Positions 58,775 through 64,000 of a stretch of DNA of 64,000 nt are shown piece by piece. The position numbers and the translations under genes are program-made. Numbering within the stretch: position 1 is the stretch's first letter; the number at the start of each line of letters is the position of its first letter. A model generated the notes under the pieces. That model was not told where the DNA came from. It saw only the letters and a list, made by a program, of their open reading frames with translations, and searched no databases. The stretch is from the human T2T-CHM13v2.0 reference genome, Homo sapiens. The DNA lies in the NCBI RefSeq assembly GCF_009914755.1, contig NC_060937.1. One strand, given 5' to 3'.

Positions 58775-58885
58775 TGAAAGCTCTGCAATCCTAGCATCTG
58801 GCTTCATGCCCCGCAGGAGGGAGGCAGGGAATTCCTATTCAGTGTGTGTCTGTTGAATGCCGAAGACATGCAGAGGAGTTACTCA

Positions 58886-59326
58886 TGTGAACCTGGAACA
58901 TCTGAGACAGGCCTCAGTTAATTTAGAAAGTTTATCTTGCCAAGGTTGAGGACACACCCATGACGCAGCCTCAGGAAGTCCTGAGGACATGTACCCAAGG
59001 TGGTCGGAGGACAGCTTAGTTTTATACATTTAGGGAGACATGAGACATCAATCAATATATGTAAGAAGTACATTGGTTTGGTCTGGAAAGGCGGGGCAAC
59101 TTAAAGCAAAGGCAGGAAGACTCAGGTAACAGACAGGTGAGACACAAAGGGTTACATTCTTTAGAGTTTCTGATGAGCCTTTCCAAAGGAGGCAAATCAG
59201 ATATGCATCTATCTCAGTGAGCAGAGGAGTGGCTTTGAATAGAATGGGAGGCAGGTTTGCCCTAAGCAGTTTCCAGCTTGAGTTTTCCTTAGTGATTTTA
59301 GGGGCCCAAGAGATTTTCCTTTCACA
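58886..59326 (-). mobile_element. MER4A-type 3' LTR
   Basis: Minus strand starts tgtgaaaggaaaatctcttgggcccctaaaatcactaagg; TG..CA termini. Confidence 0.88.
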
Positions 59327-59333
59327 TTTCTGA

Positions 59334-59632
<299 letters not shown>

Positions 59633-61415
59633 CCCCACCACTTTTCTTTTGTAAAATCTGTCGGAGAAAGCATTTTGCAAAAAAATGAGTCTCTGGTCTC
59701 AGGCTTCATCTGATTTCTCATAGCTATGATGGTTTATTCCTAGATGGGTAAGTCCCAAAAGCTCATTTTTAGTAGGTTGTGAAGTCTCACATTCTGTGAA
59801 GAGAAAATAGCAGGGAGGAAGGGAGAAAAAACAACAACAAACAAAAGAACAATCCTAGAAAAATCGATATAAGCCACATTACTCTGAAGTCCATACATTA
59901 GTAGGCAGGTATGAAAGTGGCTTATGTACGTAAATAGGTTGCTGTTATTTTCTTCTGAAGTTCAAGTTGTCTGGCTTCAGTTTGCAGGGTTTTAAGAAAA
60001 CACAGCTTAGTTTTCAGTGACTCTAAATTAGGAAAAATGGAAAAAAAGAAGGAAAAGAAATTGAAAACATTATTTTATGGACTTGTAGCCAAGAAAAATT
60101 AGAATTCAGTCTAAACTGTAGAAAATAATACAAATTGAAAAAAACATTAGGCAGACTAGAATCTAACAACAGGTCTACTGTAGTTTTGAAACATAATTAT
60201 TCTCTCTCCAGTTTCCCATTTTTACTAAAGACAAAACATGGTGGGACTGGCTTGCTTTATTATACTTGGCCTAATTATTTGTATACAGTGCAGCAAGAAT
60301 AATTATCTTTTACATAGGCTTTCAAATTGGCTTTGATGGAACTTTGTTCCATAGGAGGAATAGCAGATAAGACATTTTAAAAGCGAAGCCCAGCCATAGA
60401 TTTGTGCCATCAAATATCTATGAGTTGGGTGAATTTCCCCTTCTCTTGAGGTCCCAACATAAACCTGGGGCTTCTGTGCCTGTCAGAAAGTGAATTCTGT
60501 ACTTACACAGGTCAGAAAACCTGTACAGGGACTGTGTACACAAAATATGAGGCCAGTTTTTCCAAGGGCTTTATTAGCTCCACAAGTCGATTCCTTAAAG
60601 GAAAGCACACCATCCCAGTCAAAGCCTTAGTAAAATAACCAATTTCTCCAATTGTGTCCTATTGCAAAAGAAAACAGATTCTTATGGCACTTATGCAAAT
60701 AACTATACTGCCATAAATTAAGAATACTCACAAATAGTTTCCAAATTCTGGAGAAACCAGGTAGAGAGAAACAAATATGCTCCCAATTCTGGTAACAGTA
60801 TACTTTACTCAATTGTTAAAAGCTGTAAATAGCTTTAGTTTTCATAATTCTAAAAAACAAAACAAAGTATTAGCAATGTTTTAAGCAAAAAGGTCAAAAA
60901 GATTAGTTTTCTATTGGTTCAGTTAATTCAGTTAACTCCTGTTCTGTTTGATAGTCATAAACATTTCAGCTCTCCATGAGAGTTCTGAAAGTTTATTCCT
61001 TTATTCCAATGTCACAGTTTCCAAAGTTATCAGCAAAACTGCATTTAAGTGCACCTGTTAGAGTCCTATAACTGATTATAAACCCACCTTTTAAAGAGGG
61101 TTTAAAACAAGATAAACAAGAGAATTGTCTGTGGATGAAAAAAGTTTTAAGGCAGCCACAGTTAAAAGACACAATTGACAAGGAAATGTGTTACCTCTGT
61201 GACACACAATAATTTTAACAACACTTATGACTATTACTGATAATGTACACTAAGTTATATCAGAAATACAGGAGTTTCCCATAATTTTGGAACACATACC
61301 AGTAACATATTTATACAAATACAGCCCAAAGAAAACCAAACACCATTTCATATTTGACACTTCCTGTATAATTTTTATACCAAAATAAGCCAAATTTTGT
61401 CATTTTTGGACTTAG

Positions 61416-61933
<518 letters not shown>

Positions 61934-63104
61934 TGAGGAGATTTAATTTTCTAAAGGAGAAGCTCTAATAAAAACAGCATGAAGCAAATTACATTTGTTT
62001 TTCGAATTTTGTAAGCAATCTACAAGATTTAACCTTGATTATAAAATATAACTTCTGTAAGCCTTTTATAAACTTTATTAAGAAGTTGGTTAATGCTTCA
62101 AGAAAACCTTGCTAATCTGACACAGGAGTCCATGTACTGGTTTTGCATTAGTGTGCCCTTGACATTAATAATTAATTTATAGAGAAACAGAACTTATTTT
62201 ATCTTTCAAAATCAGCCCTTACAATCTTAGGCGCCCACCTCTTCTGTGATAGTCCCTGGGCCCTGAGGAGTTGAATAGCTTTAATTTCTTGCCCTGTGTC
62301 TCAGGAATGCAATTTGTTTTGATTGGCATCTTCTATGGGGCCTGAAGATGAGGCTTTTATTGCTGTCAATGTTTAAGATTTAGCAGGACTTGGTGTCCTT
62401 TTTAGACCCAGGAGTTACAGCCTTGAAACTCAATGTAACAATGTACATACAGGAAGATACATGCATGTAATAACCTTAATTAAAAAAAAATTTTATCTCT
62501 GTTTTTTTCCTAAGCAAACCAAAACTTAATAATAACATGATAACTTGATTATATAAAAGTTTTTGTTTTTCTTTTTAATATAAATCCTCTTATTGTGACT
62601 TACACTGACTGTTAATGACATGATCAGACTTTCTGATTTGTTCTCAACATCCCTCCTTTTTAGATAACCAGTTATTTTATTTTAGGACTAAATTTACCAT
62701 ACAAGATTCTTTCTTATATAAAATTATTTCTCTTTAAGCTTTTTTACCTCAAAAAAGAAAACCTCCTTATTTTTATAACTTTCTTTACATCTCTTTTTAT
62801 TCCTGGTGCCTTTCACCTTGTTTTATATATAACCTTTAAATAAGCTTTGAATTAGACAAAACTTGTTCACTTTTTTTTTTTTTAAAGGACACACTTTTTT
62901 ATTTAGCAAGAATGTTTTCCCACAATATATATTTATTGGAAAATACCCAAATAATGAAATAGCTATTATTTAATTTAATATAACTTTATATTATAAATTA
63001 TGATCAGTTTATCTACAAGTATTTATTCCATTACATTTATCTAAGTGTTTTATTTGTTTACCTAGATTATTTATGAAAACTGTGATAGTCATGATTTAAA
63101 GTTA

Positions 63105-63350
63105 TGAAATCGCCATTGCAAAATTATAACTGAGACAGTGAAAAGATTTGACCTCACTGATTCCATATTGCTCTTAACCTCCAAGCTGTCCTTGTTCATT
63201 CCTGGGCGTAGGCCGAACTAACTTTGGGAGGAACTTAGTTTATAGTTTAGCTTTGAAACAAAGAGGGTAACAGTCCTTTCCCCAAAACAACCCTCCTTAT
63301 TGTCTGCAGATCAGACTGCCTAAAGCCACAGGATTAGAAGTTATGGTAAT
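63105..63350 (+). mobile_element. LTR8-like 5' fragment within MER4-int
   Basis: tgaaatcgccattgcaaaattataactgagacagtgaaa..ccaagctgtccttgttcattcctgggcgtagg. Confidence 0.75.
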
Positions 63351-63806
63351 CTTACTAAATTCAAGATAAAGCTATTTTCATTAAACTCATATCAATGTCT
63401 TCTTCATTAAAAATTACACAAGCAAAGATCATTCTGTTTTGGGCGGGGTTTATAGTTTTGTAACCCCTATGCCAAATTTGGCAGGGATAAGTATAAAATT
63501 GCTTGATTAATAAATGCAAACAAAAATGTATGCTGGGCAATTCTTAAGACATTTCTAATATTACTTTACCAATAATTTTAAAGCTAGCGTATTTATTAAA
63601 GATTTTACTTAAGTTACATAAACCTGAAAAACAATTTGACTAGTTTTTTCTTTTTTAGTATCTAATTCAAGCGCTTTTTTAAAAGCCAATTAATTAGAGC
63701 TCTCTTATATATTTTTAGTAGTGAAACATTCTGTACACAACACATAAATACATATAAAAACATATTAGGCATGCCGATGGAAGTACATTTTATAGATTTA
63801 TAAAGT

Positions 63807-63823
63807 CCCCCCCCCCCCCCCCC
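63807..63823. repeat. C17 homopolymer
   Basis: Read directly. Confidence 0.95.
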
Positions 63824-64000
63824 ACCGCTTTCTTTCCTACCTTAGACTTTCAAATTCTTGATAACCTCTTTCACAGCCCTAGGCAGTTGTTAGCTAAATA
63901 ACCTTAAATTTGCACATTAAAGGAAACAACTCAGGTGAAAAGCAAATAGCAAAATTTACATCATAAAGTACAAAGAGAAAAAGTCTGGTGATGCTAGAGA

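Overview
Repeat-dense primate (human-like) intergenic or intronic DNA. I found no intact protein-coding gene; almost every long ORF in the track is read through Alu, L1 or LTR sequence. The window holds about 45 Alus (J, S, Y and monomers) and a full-length minus-strand L1PA element (about 44758-51617) with TSDs and two internal Alus. It also holds an old processed RPS6 pseudogene (about 51701-52712), a 7SL retrocopy split by a THE1 LTR, a MER11 LTR inside an Alu, two MER4-group ERV remnants, many MaLR/ERVL LTRs, DNA-transposon fossils (Tigger2a, MER1A, Charlie, MER58), and L1M/L2/MIR fragments. Three observations stand out. The L1 antisense-promoter region points directly into the RPS6 retrocopy and forms an in-frame fusion ORF. 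A locally templated insertion scar sits inside L1 ORF2. Several nested insertions can be ordered in time. I see no convincing new biological system. Repeat subfamily names come from recalled consensus motifs, and many boundaries are approximate.
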